A stretch of 48,315 nucleotides of DNA from an uncultured Oscillospiraceae bacterium (GTDB taxonomy: Bacteria > Bacillota > Clostridia > Christensenellales > CAG-138), in NCBI GenBank assembly GCA_964541695.1, contig CAZIRB010000007.1:2419-50733 (forward strand), written 5' to 3'. Below the pieces are notes generated by a model, which saw nothing but the letters and a program-made list of their open reading frames with translations, searched no databases and had not been told where the DNA came from. Both the position numbers and the translations under genes were made by a program. Shown here piece after piece: positions 47,369 through 48,315 of this stretch; position 1 is the first letter of the stretch; every line of letters begins with the position of its first letter.

Positions 47369-48055
47369 ATGGACAAAATCGATAAGCTGATTGAGGAGAT
47401 CCGCGAGGCGATGTACATCGCGTTCACGCAGAGCGAGCTAAGGACCAGCACGATCATCATCTCGATGCTGATCACGATCGTTCTGTCCGTGTACATATTC
47501 TTCATCTACCGGATCGCGAACAAGACCGGCTTCTATTCAAAGAACTTCAACAAGACCGTCGCGATCATGGGCATCGTCACCGGCGGCATCGTGCTGTCGA
47601 TGCAGACGAGCGTGTTCATCTCGCTCGGCATGGTCGGCGCGCTGTCCATCGTGCGCTTCCGCAACGTGGTCAAGGACCCGTTCGACCTGCTGTTTCTGTT
47701 CTGGTCGATCAGCACCGGCATCATCTGCGGCACGGGGCTGTACAAGGTCGCGTTCCTGCTCGCGCTCGTCGTGACCGCGGCGATCTTTTTGCTGGAGTTT
47801 GTCACGCTGCCCAAGGCGCCCGCGCTGCTCGTCGTCAACTCGACGAATAAAGGCGTCGAAAACGCGCTGATGGCGGTCGTGCAGAAGTATTCCAAATATT
47901 ACCGCGTCAAGTCGCGCAACCTGACCGCAAACAGCCTCGATATGATCATCGAGGTGCGGCCGGCCAAGGAGCAGGAGCTGCTCGCCGAATGCGCCGCGCT
48001 CGACGGCGCGACAAGCGTCGCGCTGCTCGCGCACGACGGCGAACTGCGGGGCTAA
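47369..48055 (+). CDS. DUF4956 domain membrane protein
   Basis: 228 aa, 4-5 TM helices, GMVGALSIVRFRNVVKDPFDL block, C-terminal soluble ~80 aa. AAGGAGAG SD. Confidence 0.78.
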   Translation: MDKIDKLIEEIREAMYIAFTQSELRTSTIIISMLITIVLSVYIFFIYRIANKTGFYSKNFNKTVAIMGIVTGGIVLSMQTSVFISLGMVGALSIVRFRNVVKDPFDLLFLFWSISTGIICGTGLYKVAFLLALVVTAAIFLLEFVTLPKAPALLVVNSTNKGVENALMAVVQKYSKYYRVKSRNLTANSLDMIIEVRPAKEQELLAECAALDGATSVALLAHDGELRG

Positions 48056-48116
48056 GCGGATGTGCTTACGGCGGACGCGGCTGAACACGCTGCGTTCGTT
48101 TTCTTGCGGAGGCGGT

Positions 48117-48315
48117 ATGTATCGGTCTGTTAAGCGCGCGTTCGTCGTGTTTTGCGTTTGCACGCTGCTATTCTCGTTTCTATTCTACATACGCCAGGAG
48201 GATCCCTCGGCAAATCGGATTACGCTTCTGACGCCGGAAGCGTGCGCCGCGCTTGTTGATGCGCAGACGGAAACAAGCGAGGAGCCGTTTCGCGGCGAGT
48301 GCCGGATCGAGGATA
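48117..48315 (+). CDS. Partial ORF, probable third membrane-anchored CotH-type paralogue (N-terminus only)
   Basis: GGAGG SD. MYRSVKRAFVVFCVCTLLFSFLFY anchor followed by a segment resembling the post-anchor region of paralogue 1. Truncated by the window end. Confidence 0.5.
   Translation, partial: MYRSVKRAFVVFCVCTLLFSFLFYIRQEDPSANRITLLTPEACAALVDAQTETSEEPFRGECRIED

Overview
This is a GC-rich chromosomal window in which G/C dominates third codon positions. Gene content (class III RNR, PFOR, membrane H+-PPase, ECF module next to truA, SsnA/YgfK) fits a strictly anaerobic Clostridia-type Firmicute, but the taxon is inference only. I support about 38 CDS. I saw no rRNA, tRNA, CRISPR array, transposase, integrase or phage genes. 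Gene order is as follows. NAD(P)-binding protein (-), PAP2-like (+), GT2 (-), nrdG-nrdD (-), serA-serC (-) and hppA (+) come first. A long minus-strand operon follows (thrC-like, BMP-type nucleoside ABC importer, acyltransferase-3) and diverges from ssnA-ygfK-xdhD-like, the marker set of the selenium-dependent molybdenum hydroxylase system. Then come GNAT (-), prohibitin (+), SDR plus DUF3592 (-), SGNH hydrolase-pepF (-) and PFOR (-). An amidohydrolase-queT pair (-) lies back to back with ecfA1-ecfA2-ecfT-truA-tadA (+). That plus-strand string runs, with no terminator I can see, into cotH-cotH-VTC-DUF4956-cotH'. Best candidates for something undescribed: (1) the CotH x3 / VTC / DUF4956 membrane-associated cluster at 43.3-48.3 kb; (2) a mosaic family of structured intergenic repeats at three loci (11.3, 32.7 and 37.1-37.6 kb), including a ~100-nt module with conserved flanks and a structure-preserving but sequence-swapped apical hairpin; (3) an amidohydrolase translationally coupled to the queT S-component with no preQ1 riboswitch. 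Several exact or near-exact tandem duplications (1-220, 3427-3614, 26152-26660) are also noted. All motif coordinates were counted by hand and may be off by 1-2 nt. No searches or folding calculations were run.
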